Positions 47,059-56,842 of a stretch of 64,000 nucleotides of DNA are shown here, piece after piece. Where the stretch lies: positions 67,628 to 131,627 of the forward strand of contig DJMA01000028.1 in the NCBI GenBank assembly GCA_002436415.1, in the 5' to 3' direction. A program made the translations under genes and the position numbers. Origin of the DNA: Bdellovibrionaceae bacterium UBA6502 (GTDB taxonomy: Bacteria; Bdellovibrionota; Bdellovibrionia; Bdellovibrionales; UBA840). The notes beneath the pieces were generated by a model. The model was not told where the DNA came from. It saw only the letters and a list, made by a program, of their open reading frames with translations, and did no database searches. The first letter of the stretch is position 1. Every line of letters begins with the position of its first letter.

Positions 47059-49488
47059 TTAGCGGACGTTTACACCTAATTTAGAACTAACCGTTTGAAT
47101 GATCTTCTCTTGGAGAGCGCTCAATTGCTTTTCTTCAAGAGTCTCATTTTCATCTTGAAAGTACATTCTAAATGTCAGGGATTTTTGTCCCTCTTTCAAG
47201 GAACCACCTTCAAACTGATCATAGACATAAACTTCTTTTAATAACTTACCAGAAGATTTCTTGATCAAGTCAATGATGCTATCTGATCTTACAGCTCCAT
47301 CACAAACAAAAGCTAAATCCCTTTCAACCATTTGCATACGACTCACGCCGCCCACACGAAAAGCCTTAGGCTGTCCACGAAGCAAAGCATCCAATTGCAA
47401 TTCTGCAAATACGATTGGTTCTTTAGTTTTTAAAGCTTCTTTCATTCTTGGGTGTAGCTCACCAACAAAGCCTATGATTTTTCCTTCAAAAAACAGAGCA
47501 GCACTTCTTCCTGGGTGCAAGAAATCTGGAGCATCTGCCTCTTGCTTCCAAGACCATGACTTTGCCCTTAACTCCTTTAAAAGAGATTCAATGCTCTCTT
47601 TTAGTTGCAAAACCAAAGGCGCTTTCTCTTTTTTTGTCCACAAATCAAGAGTCTCTCCCCAAGCAGCAAAAGCCAATCTAGGATCTTGACCAAATTTAGA
47701 GTCTCGACCAAAAGCGTATCCAATCTCAAACAATTGACCCTTGTGTCGACCATATCTAAAGTTATGCTCCACATTCTTCATCAAGCCTGGCAATAAAGAA
47801 GTACGCATTACCGAAAAGTCTTCATTTAGTGGATTTAAAATCTGAACAGGCTCTGGATTTGCCGTAATGCCGTAAGCCTTTAACTTGTCTAGATCTCCTA
47901 AAAAGCTAGAAGCCTTCAACTTATTTTCAAAGTTGTAGTTTAAAGCTTCCGTAAAATTTTGTCCCACAAGAAACTCTCGCAAACTTCTTTGCAACTCATA
48001 ATCTTTTTCATGAGGCGTAGGTTCAAGAGCCAATTCTGGCATTTTTTCAGGAATGGCATCATAAGAATGAAGCCTTGCATATTCCTCAACAATGTCTTCT
48101 TTTCTTTCAATATCCACTCGGTACAAAGGAGCCGTCACACGATATGACTGCCCTTCTTTCACTGGCTTTAACTTCAACTGAGCCAAAGCCTTTTCAAAAC
48201 TCTCATCATCCACTGGCATACCTAGTCTTTGGCTAATGTAATCACTAGATACAAGGAAAGACTTGGCCTCTAAGCCTTTAGGATAGAAGTCATGGATATC
48301 GCCATACAACTTCCCACCGGCAAGTTTTTGAATCAGATGACAACAACGATCTAAAACGAAAGATATCCCCGAAGGGTCTACTCCGCGACTAAAACGATAG
48401 GCTGAATCGGTTTCGATTCCTAATTTTCTTGAAGTTTTACGAACACTTTCAGGCTTAAAGTAAGCACACTCGATGAACAAGTTTGTTGTATCATCCTGCA
48501 CACCAGAGTTTTTTCCACCCACTACACCAGCTAAAGCAACCGGACGTTCCTGATCGCGAATCACTAACTCAGAACCATCCAAAGTATATTCAGTTCCATC
48601 TAAAGAAGTGAATTTCTCTCCAGCCTGAGCTTTATCAACTAAGATAGAATTTCCTTTTATCTCTCTTTGGTCAAAAGCATGTAAAGGTTGGCCCATCTCC
48701 ATCATTACATAGTTGGTAACGTCTACGACATTATTGATTGAATTTAAACCAATGGCTTCCACTCTAGTTCGAAGCCAAGCCGGACTTGGAGCTACTTTTA
48801 CACCCTCAATAAATCTACCCGCGTATCTTGGACAATTTTCAGCGTCTTTAACTTCTAATGAAATGCATTCTTTAGTCGATAAACCAGCTTCAACTTGCAA
48901 CTCGTTTTCGGGGTATCTTAAGTCTAAAGATAAAAGATTTGAAAGCTCTCTTGCTAAGCCAAAATGACTTAAGCAATCGGCGCGATTCGGTGTAACTTTT
49001 AACTCAAACAAAATATCATCAAGGCCTTTATAGAGAGAAAACTTCTCTCCAACAGGTGCATCTTCCGGTAAAATCATAATTCCAGAAGATTCTTCACTAA
49101 GACCAAGTTCTTTTTCAGAACATAGCATTCCAGAGCTTTCCACTCCACGAATTACAGATTGCTTAATGGCAAAATCACCTGGTAACACAGCTCCAGGAAG
49201 AGCAACCATCACCTTGTCACCTTGTTTATGATTTTTAGCTCCACAAACAATTTGCTGAACACTTCCCGAACCAGTTTCAACCTGACAAACCGTTAAACGA
49301 TCTGCATCGGGGTGTTTATCTAATTTTAAAATTTGACCAATCACAATGGAAGCGTATCTTTTACCAAGATCACTAACTTCTTCCACTTCCAAGCCTGTGT
49401 TCGTTAAAAGGTCAGCAAGCTCTTGTGGCTTTGAAAAATAGTTTTCGATATTTACGTAATCGTTAATCCACTTTAGGGAAATTTGCAT
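47059..49488 (-). CDS. pheT: Phenylalanine--tRNA ligase beta subunit
   Basis: 809 aa. N-terminal MQISLKWINDYV, tRNA-binding domain (HPDADRLTVCQV), B3/4 and B5 domains, and a C-terminal FDXACB-like domain. Confidence 0.95.
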   Translation of the reverse strand: MQISLKWINDYVNIENYFSKPQELADLLTNTGLEVEEVSDLGKRYASIVIGQILKLDKHPDADRLTVCQVETGSGSVQQIVCGAKNHKQGDKVMVALPGAVLPGDFAIKQSVIRGVESSGMLCSEKELGLSEESSGIMILPEDAPVGEKFSLYKGLDDILFELKVTPNRADCLSHFGLARELSNLLSLDLRYPENELQVEAGLSTKECISLEVKDAENCPRYAGRFIEGVKVAPSPAWLRTRVEAIGLNSINNVVDVTNYVMMEMGQPLHAFDQREIKGNSILVDKAQAGEKFTSLDGTEYTLDGSELVIRDQERPVALAGVVGGKNSGVQDDTTNLFIECAYFKPESVRKTSRKLGIETDSAYRFSRGVDPSGISFVLDRCCHLIQKLAGGKLYGDIHDFYPKGLEAKSFLVSSDYISQRLGMPVDDESFEKALAQLKLKPVKEGQSYRVTAPLYRVDIERKEDIVEEYARLHSYDAIPEKMPELALEPTPHEKDYELQRSLREFLVGQNFTEALNYNFENKLKASSFLGDLDKLKAYGITANPEPVQILNPLNEDFSVMRTSLLPGLMKNVEHNFRYGRHKGQLFEIGYAFGRDSKFGQDPRLAFAAWGETLDLWTKKEKAPLVLQLKESIESLLKELRAKSWSWKQEADAPDFLHPGRSAALFFEGKIIGFVGELHPRMKEALKTKEPIVFAELQLDALLRGQPKAFRVGGVSRMQMVERDLAFVCDGAVRSDSIIDLIKKSSGKLLKEVYVYDQFEGGSLKEGQKSLTFRMYFQDENETLEEKQLSALQEKIIQTVSSKLGVNVR

Positions 49489-49502
49489 TTTTCCAGCTCC
49501 TC

Positions 49503-50537
49503 TTAAAACTGACCCAAGAAGTCCATATCATTTTCATTAAACAAGCGGATATCCCTCACACCGTACTTAACCACAGCAAGTCTTTCGATCCCCATTCCAA
49601 AAGCAAGACCTTGCCATTTTTCTGCATCCAGCCCAGCTTCTTTAAAAACATTCGGATGAACCAAGCCGCAACCTGCCACTTCAATCCAACCCGTGTGACC
49701 ACACATTCGACAACCTTTTGCATCACAAACCGCACAAGAGCAATCCACCTCAGCACTAGGCTCAGTAAATGGGAAGAAACTTGGGCGAAGACGAATTTTA
49801 ACGTTTGGCCCAAAAAACTCTTTGGCAAAATACGCCAATATGCCCTTTAGATCCGCCATTGAAACTTCTTTATCTACTAAGATTCCTTCAATTTGATGAA
49901 ACATCGGTAGGTGACTTACATCATAATCAGAACGGAATACAGCTCCGGGTCCCAATACTCTAAGAGGAAGACTTTCATTCTCTAAACTATGAATTTGAAT
50001 GGGTGAAGTTTGAGTACGAAGAACATGTTGTTCATCGATATAAAAAGTGTCTTGCATATCACGCGCTGGATGATCTGCCGGAATATTTAAAGCTTCAAAA
50101 TTATAACGATCTCTTTCGATCAAAGGTCCTAAGCGAACGCTAAAACCAATTCTAGAAAAAATATCCACCAATTCATCAATGACCATATTGATTGGGTGTT
50201 TCTTGCCTAAGCGCATTCGGTTACCTGGTAAACTCATGTCTATGCGCTCATCTTCAAGACTAGCATTTAACTCTTTTTCTTTTAGTGCATCAGTGAGTTC
50301 TTTAAACAGATCTTCCAGAGTGTTTTTTACTTCATTTACCAACTGACCAAACTTAGGACGCTCGTCTTTGCTAAGCTTGCCCATTTCTTTCATGAGCTCT
50401 GAAAAACTACCCTTTTTACCTAGGTATTTTACTTTTTGGTCGTATAGATCTTTACTGGAAGTTGCGGCTTTAAATGCAGCAACGGCTTCTTCTCGAATCG
50501 CTTGCAATTTATCTTGTAACATAGCGTAGATATTCAT
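49503..50537 (-). CDS. pheS: Phenylalanine--tRNA ligase alpha subunit
   Basis: Class II motifs ([38 protein letters not shown]). Confidence 0.95.
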   Translation of the reverse strand: MNIYAMLQDKLQAIREEAVAAFKAATSSKDLYDQKVKYLGKKGSFSELMKEMGKLSKDERPKFGQLVNEVKNTLEDLFKELTDALKEKELNASLEDERIDMSLPGNRMRLGKKHPINMVIDELVDIFSRIGFSVRLGPLIERDRYNFEALNIPADHPARDMQDTFYIDEQHVLRTQTSPIQIHSLENESLPLRVLGPGAVFRSDYDVSHLPMFHQIEGILVDKEVSMADLKGILAYFAKEFFGPNVKIRLRPSFFPFTEPSAEVDCSCAVCDAKGCRMCGHTGWIEVAGCGLVHPNVFKEAGLDAEKWQGLAFGMGIERLAVVKYGVRDIRLFNENDMDFLGQF

Positions 50538-50607
50538 TTATTTAAGGAAAAAGAGCAAGGTTCATTGCCCTGATTCCCTTAAATTACGCTATGTGTAAGA
50601 AAGCAAT

Positions 50608-51513
50608 TTAGTAGTGCCAAGGATACTTAGAAAAATCTTTAGGGCGCTTCTCTACAAAAGAGTCTCTACCCTCTTGGGCTTCTTCAGTACCATAAGCCAA
50701 TCGAGTTGCTTCACCGGCAAAAAGCTGTTGGCCAACAAGGCCATCATCTAACAAGTTAAAACCAAATTTTAGCATACGCATAGCGGTTGGACTTTTAGAG
50801 TTAATCTCACGAGCCCACTCCAAAGCAGTGTCCTCTAGTTTTGCGTGTTCAACCGCAATGTTTGCCATTCCCATATCCACTGCCTCTTGGGCTGAGTAGT
50901 TTTTGCCTAAAAAGAAAATTTCTCTAGCTCGCTTTTGTCCACATTGTCTCGCCAAATAAGCAGAGCCATAGCCACTATCAAAAGAGGCAACATCTGGATC
51001 GGTCTGTTTAAAAACAGCATGCTCTTTACTAGCTATGGTCATATCACAAACAACATGCAAACTATGACCTCCACCGACAGCCCAACCAGGAACCACTGCA
51101 ATCACTACTTTTGGCATAAAACGAATCAGTCTTTGAACTTCTAAAATATGGAGACGACCTAACTTGGCTAAATCCTTCTGACCATCCTGACCTTCGTATT
51201 TATAGCCGTCTTTGCCGCGTATTCTTTGATCTCCACCTGAGCAAAAAGCCCAACCTGCGTCTTTTGGACTAGGACCATTGCCTGTGATCAAAACACAACC
51301 AACATCACTAGTTATGCGAGCGTGCTCTAGAGCTTGAAACAATTCATCCACAGTCTTTGGGCGAAAAGCATTTCTACACTCAGGACGATCAAAAGCAATG
51401 CGTACACAGCCCTGATCTTTCGCTCGATGATAAGTAATGTCCTCAAAAGAAAAACCAGGAACTTCATCCCATAATTCTGGATTAAAAATATCAGATACTT
51501 TTTCTTTAGACAT
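50608..51513 (-). CDS. menB: 1,4-dihydroxy-2-naphthoyl-CoA synthase
   Basis: Collinear with E. coli MenB (FCSGGDQ, VAGWAVGGGH-type block, GSFD.GYGS, EEAQEGRDSF.EKR.PDFSK). Confidence 0.9.
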   Translation of the reverse strand: MSKEKVSDIFNPELWDEVPGFSFEDITYHRAKDQGCVRIAFDRPECRNAFRPKTVDELFQALEHARITSDVGCVLITGNGPSPKDAGWAFCSGGDQRIRGKDGYKYEGQDGQKDLAKLGRLHILEVQRLIRFMPKVVIAVVPGWAVGGGHSLHVVCDMTIASKEHAVFKQTDPDVASFDSGYGSAYLARQCGQKRAREIFFLGKNYSAQEAVDMGMANIAVEHAKLEDTALEWAREINSKSPTAMRMLKFGFNLLDDGLVGQQLFAGEATRLAYGTEEAQEGRDSFVEKRPKDFSKYPWHY

Positions 51514-51931
51514 GATCGGTCTCCTTAGCAGCTTGCTTATTTAAAATATTATTCATTTCTGCCTCATTGCTTTCAAAAAAATCCATTTGATGCTGACCGT
51601 GGATTACCGGCCCCAAAAAACAAAGGGCGTAACAAAATAGAAAATAAATTTCGATAAAATTATTGGGCACTATGCCACCTATAGAAAAAATCACCGGAGT
51701 GGCGAACAAAGGAACCAAAAATATCCAGAGAAAGTTTTTTTGGTGGGCTTCGCTGGACTTTGCATGAATAAAAGCATTACAGGAAGGACAGCTGGTAAAT
51801 TGGTCATCCCCTTTGCCTCCCCTTTTTCTTGTTGCGGAAAAAAGAAATAATGGCATTTTTTTGCTACATTTTGGGCACTTTGCTTTTTTAAACATAAGAA
51901 AACATATAGTACACAATTTGTATTCAGTCAC
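51506..51931 (-). CDS. Membrane protein with N-terminal zinc-ribbon-like Cys pairs
   Basis: CTIC...CPKC and CPSC motifs followed by two hydrophobic helices. 8-nt overlap with the menB start. Confidence 0.5.
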   Translation of the reverse strand: MTEYKLCTICFLMFKKAKCPKCSKKMPLFLFSATRKRGGKGDDQFTSCPSCNAFIHAKSSEAHQKNFLWIFLVPLFATPVIFSIGGIVPNNFIEIYFLFCYALCFLGPVIHGQHQMDFFESNEAEMNNILNKQAAKETDHV

Positions 51932-52243
51932 CTCGGTTTTAGTGGATTCTAAATAGAAAACAAAACTCTTTAGCCCGAGGCAAGGCTAAAAAACATAGGC
52001 TTAGCCTAGGTTTAATTAAAGGGGGCAGTTTATAATTTATTAAAGTAAGACATTCACAAACTAATTCTTATGGAATCCATAAGGAAGGCGAAGGCAATCC
52101 AAGATATTGGAATATTGCCACCAAGCTAGCCAAAAAGAGCTTCTTCAACACATCGCAAATAGTTTTTTCTCTCGTTCAAAAGGATTCGGTGATATAAAAA
52201 TTGCAAAGATTGCAATATTATTCGCAAACAAGGGGGAAGCGCG

Positions 52244-52981
52244 ATGATAAAGTATGTATTTGCAAGTTTACTGCTTTTGCAAACTGGTGGGCTATGGGCC
52301 GAGACTTACCAGAAAAGAGATGATGGATATTTTAAAATTAAAAGCTTTAGCATAATTGAAATCAGTCAAGACGAACAGGAACTTCATTACAACAACTTAA
52401 ACAACAGACCACCCTTTTACCCTTTGCCAGTTTTTCCAATCCCAAAACCTACGCAGCCCAGTAATGATCCTAAAATCCAAAAAAGTCCAATCTCCGTAAT
52501 TGGGGACTTTATTAGTATTGGCGCAAAAATTTGGAAAATCATTGAAGCCAACAGACCGGTTGTTGATATCAATACTAATTACTACAGCGTTTTACCAAAA
52601 ACAGTTAGCTCACCCAGTGAGTTAAGTGGTTGGTCGAAGCCCGAGCAAAGAACATTCATGATCACTTACGAAAATTTGTTTGGCATGGAGGTTGTTAAAT
52701 TCGTTTACCGAGTTTTTTATAGTCATTCAGGAAGTCTAAATGGCAAGGGAGCCTATATCGCCAATGCTGGTATTATTCCTACTCACTTAGAGCTTGCTTG
52801 GGGCTACAATTTTACCGCATTTAATCAGATAAGTCTTCCGACAAACATTGGTAGCAAAGATCAGCCTATTGCAAATATTGAAATGTCTTTAAACTGGAGC
52901 ATCGAAACCGTAGTCAAAGCCGAGCACCGTAGAGTGATCGCAGTGATCGATGGAACTGGTGCCATGGAATTTTACCAGTAA
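52244..52981 (+). CDS. Exported hypothetical protein (245 aa)
   Basis: GGGGGA RBS. Signal peptide MIKYVFASLLLLQTGGLWA. No recognisable domain. Confidence 0.55.
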   Translation: MIKYVFASLLLLQTGGLWAETYQKRDDGYFKIKSFSIIEISQDEQELHYNNLNNRPPFYPLPVFPIPKPTQPSNDPKIQKSPISVIGDFISIGAKIWKIIEANRPVVDINTNYYSVLPKTVSSPSELSGWSKPEQRTFMITYENLFGMEVVKFVYRVFYSHSGSLNGKGAYIANAGIIPTHLELAWGYNFTAFNQISLPTNIGSKDQPIANIEMSLNWSIETVVKAEHRRVIAVIDGTGAMEFYQ

Positions 52982-52982
52982 A

Positions 52983-53011
52983 TAAAAAGGCCCACTAAAA
53001 AGAGTGGGCCC
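52983..53011 (-). terminator. Terminator after rhodanese-like membrane protein gene
   Basis: ggcccact/agtgggcc 8-bp GC-rich hairpin. The T-run is present only on the - strand (cttttt). Confidence 0.7.
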
Positions 53012-53031
53012 ATCGCTCTAACAGGAGCGTT

Positions 53032-53421
53032 CTAGGAAAAAATTAAAGTCATAGATACAATATAAACACCACTAAACAGCATCATCACTAAGCTTAAAAA
53101 TAAAACTGGTGGGTTCAATCTTATGTTGCCAAAAATCACTGGATTGGAAACATATGGATTCCCCTCAGCCACCCAGCGATCCATGCCCCCTTCATAGATC
53201 TCAACTTGTGGATGCCATTTTTGTGACCTTAAAAAACATTTCATTTCTTCTGCTTTTTTAATGTCGTCACTCATGATGACTAGTTTCTCTGGTTTGATTT
53301 TTTTAATCTCTCGTAAACTAGGAGTGTCAGCCAAAAGTTCTTCAGGAGAAATTCTAAGACTCCTTAGATTATGCCTTCTCAAATAATCTTCTTCACTCCG
53401 AATATCTACGATCATCGACAT
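53032..53421 (-). CDS. Rhodanese-like domain protein with C-terminal membrane anchor
   Basis: IVDIRSEEDY start of the rhodanese fold. C-terminal hydrophobic helix VLFLSLVMMLFSGVYIVSMTLIF. No clear CRxGxR active-site loop, so it is possibly catalytically inactive. Confidence 0.55.
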   Translation of the reverse strand: MSMIVDIRSEEDYLRRHNLRSLRISPEELLADTPSLREIKKIKPEKLVIMSDDIKKAEEMKCFLRSQKWHPQVEIYEGGMDRWVAEGNPYVSNPVIFGNIRLNPPVLFLSLVMMLFSGVYIVSMTLIFS

Positions 53422-53586
53422 ACATTCACTCCCTTCATTGACTATTACCCGATTTTAACAAGCTCTAGATTCAAGGAAAATGCTATTTTGCATTGTTCTT
53501 GAAAGCGTAAAAAGCTTGTTTCAAATCAAGTCATTGCATAATCTTATTTTATTAAATATTTTAAAGTTAAAAAACGAGGAGCAAGA

Positions 53587-53979
53587 ATGAAGCTATCCTA
53601 TGTAATTTTATACGTGGAAGATGTAGTGAGATCTGTTGATTTCTATAAATCTGCATTTGGTCTTAAACACAAATTCACCCATGAATCTGGTGACTACGCT
53701 GAAATGGATACTGGAAGCACAAGTTTAGCCTTTTGCAAACACCAATTAGCAGAACAGATCATCAAAGGCACTTACCACAAAGCCTCACTAAAAGACAAAG
53801 CCCTAGGTAGTCAAATTAGTCTGGAACCTGAAGATGTAAAAACAGCCTACCAAACAGCAATTGAAAACGGAGCTTATTCAATTAGCCAGCCTGAAGTCAA
53901 AGAATGGAACTTTGAAGTGGCAATAGTTCGTGACTGCGACGGTCACATTATTGAACTAGCTAAAAACTTAAACCCATAA
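53587..53979 (+). CDS. VOC/glyoxalase-family protein
   Basis: 130 aa. MKLSYVILYVEDVVRSVDFYKSAFGL is the typical N-terminal beta-alpha-beta-beta-beta module. GGAG RBS. Confidence 0.75.
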   Translation: MKLSYVILYVEDVVRSVDFYKSAFGLKHKFTHESGDYAEMDTGSTSLAFCKHQLAEQIIKGTYHKASLKDKALGSQISLEPEDVKTAYQTAIENGAYSISQPEVKEWNFEVAIVRDCDGHIIELAKNLNP

Positions 53980-53994
53980 CCAAATTTAAAAGCT

Positions 53995-54425
53995 AGGTTC
54001 AAATCTGGCGGAAAAACTCAAACATTAAGATGGTCTTTGAAAGTCGTCAAAATTGGTTGCGGGAGCCAGCGGTGCTGAGAAAAGCATTATTTGCTTTTCG
54101 ATGACCGCAGTGAGCGGCCAAAAGCTTATTAAGCTTTTGGCGTCTAGCGAACCACAAACAGTAGGTTCAAATCTGGCGGAAAGAAAGAACGCAAAAAAAA
54201 GACCATCTAAAAAAGATGGCCTTTGAAAGTCGTCAAAATTGCTTGCGGGCGCCAGCGGTGCTGAGAAAAGCATTATTTGCTTTTCGACGACCGCAGTGAG
54301 CGGCCAAAAGCTTAACAAGCTTTTGGCGTCTAGCGAACCACAAACAGCAGGTTCAAATCTGGCGGAATGAAAGAACGCAAAAAAAAGACCATCTAAAAAA
54401 GATGGTCTTTGAAAGTCGTCAAAAT

Positions 54426-54439
<14 letters not shown>
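53995..54439. repeat. Tandem 186-bp repeat array: two full units, one truncated unit, and a third unit that merges into the 3' end of the tRNA-fMet gene
   Basis: ctttgaaagtcgtcaaaatt occurs at 54035, 54221 and 54407. aggttcaaatctggcgga occurs at 53995, 54163 and 54349. The two full units (54035-54220 and 54221-54406) differ by 8 substitutions and no indels in my manual alignment. The last 14 nt of the tRNA, including CCA, recur at 54054-54067 (exact) and 54240-54253 (2 substitutions). Confidence 0.9.
54387..54407 (-). terminator. Rho-independent terminator of tRNA-fMet (copies in each repeat unit)
   Basis: On the - strand: gaccatc-tttttta-gatggtc followed by T8. A second copy at 54201-54221 has one stem mismatch. 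The third copy (around 54026-54034) is degenerate. Confidence 0.8.
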
Positions 54440-54502
<63 letters not shown>

Positions 54503-54668
54503 AAAGCAAAGTATGAAATATTGGGCTCAGAGTCAAGGAAGTTACTATCTTTTTTTTGGCTGCTGTAAATACATGCGAAATTTGAAATTAGCTTACGATA
54601 ATCACTATCATACTTTGACCAAAGCAAGGAATCGTGGAAGATTGCAGTTGTTCAACAGGGAAAATTCA

Positions 54669-55271
54669 ATGGCAAAACTTTACTTTAGATACGGAACCGT
54701 CGGAAGCGCGAAAACTTTAAACCTTTTAGCTGTGGCACACAATTACCAACAACAAGGTAAAAAAGTTTTATTAATCAAACCAGCTTTAGATATCCGTTTT
54801 GGTAGAGCCCTTATTAAAAGTAGAGCTGGCTTAGCAAAAGAAGCCCATATGTTAATTGAAGAAGGCCAGCGAATTGTCCTACCCACTGAGCCTATAGACT
54901 GTATTTTAGTAGACGAAGCACAGTTTTTGAGTAGTGAGCAAATTGAAGACTTACAAAAAATTGCTAGTCTCGGTGGGATTCCTGTTATTTGCTACGGATT
55001 AAGAGCGGACTTTAAAAGCGAATGCTTCGAAGGTTCCAAAAGATTACTCGAGCTGTCCGATAGTATCGAAGAAGTAAAAACAACTTGTAACTTTTGTGAC
55101 CGAAAAGCAATTTTTAATCTCAAATTCATAGACAACAAAGCAACGAAAACAGGCCCTCAAGTAGATCTTGGAGCTGAGGAAAAATACCTCCCTGCCTGCA
55201 GCAAATGTTATCATGACTTTTTAGAATCAAATAAAGAGTTAAGCCCTAGTAAAACAGATTTAAGCTTATAG
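54669..55271 (+). CDS. tdk: Thymidine kinase
   Basis: MAKLYFRYGTVGSAKT P-loop, VDEAQFL, and a C-terminal Zn ribbon (CNFCDRKA ... CSKCYH). The track ORF start at 54402 runs through the tRNA gene and is rejected. Confidence 0.9.
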   Translation: MAKLYFRYGTVGSAKTLNLLAVAHNYQQQGKKVLLIKPALDIRFGRALIKSRAGLAKEAHMLIEEGQRIVLPTEPIDCILVDEAQFLSSEQIEDLQKIASLGGIPVICYGLRADFKSECFEGSKRLLELSDSIEEVKTTCNFCDRKAIFNLKFIDNKATKTGPQVDLGAEEKYLPACSKCYHDFLESNKELSPSKTDLSL

Positions 55272-55413
55272 TTTAGAGAAAATTTCTCTTCGACAGTTAA
55301 CTTGTTTTAAATTGATTTAGGCAGAACCTAAGAAGCTTCTGCAGAATCCAGCTCTATAATCCCACCTGCAAAAACTTCTCTGTAAAAAAATTAATGATCA
55401 AAAAGATGGCCTC

Positions 55414-55845
55414 TTACAAAACCTCTAAAATAGCATTACAAGTATAAGTATCTACTAGCTTAAGTTTTTTTAGATCATGTTTTTCTCTGATGATATTCAG
55501 CTTTTGGTTTTCAACATCATAGTTAAAAACAGTACTTAACATGATATTTTTATAATAGTCGATATGACCTGTTCTCGATTCAAGACCCTCATAGCAACGA
55601 AAAACATAAAGTTTTTCACCAAGTTCATCTTGTAAATAACTAACATCCTGGTCACAGATTGTTACATCAAAATTTCCTTCAATGAAGGCTTTCGAATATT
55701 TTCCTTCTTCTAAAACCGCTGTGATTTTCCAAACAAAATTCTGACAGCTTTTTGCTTGCGCTATTCCGCTAAGTTCAAGAAGAACAGTAACAATTATCAA
55801 TGCTTTCAAAAATCCCGTTTTTAAATTTATAAACAATATTCCCAT
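55414..55845 (-). CDS. Exported hypothetical protein (143 aa)
   Basis: Signal-like N-terminus ...VTVLLELSGIAQA. Four Cys. No recognisable domain. Confidence 0.5.
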   Translation of the reverse strand: MGILFINLKTGFLKALIIVTVLLELSGIAQAKSCQNFVWKITAVLEEGKYSKAFIEGNFDVTICDQDVSYLQDELGEKLYVFRCYEGLESRTGHIDYYKNIMLSTVFNYDVENQKLNIIREKHDLKKLKLVDTYTCNAILEVL

Positions 55846-55932
55846 CAGAATGTCTAGCTATCAATGAAAACTATATAGAAATACTTCTCCTCTTGCAGCA
55901 CACCATAAATTACCTTAACCTATTAATAAGAT

Positions 55933-56838
55933 ATGAAAAGCTTTAAATATTATGTTGCATTCACATTGTTATCCGTAGTTTCTTTTGCAGGAACTTATCA
56001 ATTTCCTAGCACTGGAATTGTTATTAAAACGGATACCGCCTTATACACAGATCCTAAAACAGGTGGTTTTATTCCCGCAGATCGTAGCTTTCAGTTTTTA
56101 GCTTTTGAATACGATATGGAACAACCCAACAACCTAAGTATAAGAGCCTTTGAAGAAACCTGGAAGAAAGCGGGTCAGAGCATAGACTCAAAAACTCCCA
56201 TTTTTAGCCAGGGCTATTGGGGAATGGATTTTAAAGGGCATATGAAAGACAAAGAAGGTCGCACTAGTTATTTTAGAAACTACGTTTTCGGAGACTTTCT
56301 TAAAATAGCGCAACTAGGTTTTGTCTGCGCTAAACTAGACAGTAAAGAACAATGCAAAGGATCAGAAGAGATCATTAAAAACTTTCAATGGAAGCATAAA
56401 CCAGAACAAAGACTCTTAGGCCTTAAATCAAAAATGAAAGTCCCAGAGGATTTCAAATTGTATATGCGTGTAAAAACAAAGTCAGGCCCTGTTTTTATGT
56501 ACACACGATTCGCTCAACCAATGAATGAAGACAAAGTCCCTACCCTTACCTTTGCGGTTAACAAAGGTAAAATAGAGGTTAAAGACTTTTTAACGAAGTT
56601 TGCCAAAAACATTGAAATGACAGGCATACAAGTACAAACCGCAAAGCTGAAAGCCAAACGCACAAAAAAAGATTTTTTATACTCCTGGGGAAAACGATCC
56701 GGTCAATCTCAAAACTTTTATGTAAGTTGCGGGAACCTGGATGAAAAACAAAATTACTTCTTGATGGTATGCGCAACAGGCGATGATTCTAACTACACCA
56801 GCCTCCATACCGCTTTAAGCAAAATGGCCAGCCAATAA
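55933..56838 (+). CDS. Exported hypothetical protein (301 aa)
   Basis: Signal peptide MKSFKYYVAFTLLSVVSFA. No recognisable domain. Confidence 0.55.
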   Translation: MKSFKYYVAFTLLSVVSFAGTYQFPSTGIVIKTDTALYTDPKTGGFIPADRSFQFLAFEYDMEQPNNLSIRAFEETWKKAGQSIDSKTPIFSQGYWGMDFKGHMKDKEGRTSYFRNYVFGDFLKIAQLGFVCAKLDSKEQCKGSEEIIKNFQWKHKPEQRLLGLKSKMKVPEDFKLYMRVKTKSGPVFMYTRFAQPMNEDKVPTLTFAVNKGKIEVKDFLTKFAKNIEMTGIQVQTAKLKAKRTKKDFLYSWGKRSGQSQNFYVSCGNLDEKQNYFLMVCATGDDSNYTSLHTALSKMASQ

Positions 56839-56842
56839 AAAA

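Noticed and set aside
52067-52083. 17-nt palindrome cttatggaatccataag in the intergenic region upstream of the 52244 gene.
   Set aside because: The arms are short (8 bp). It occurs only once and is 160 nt from the start codon. That is too little to support a regulatory call.
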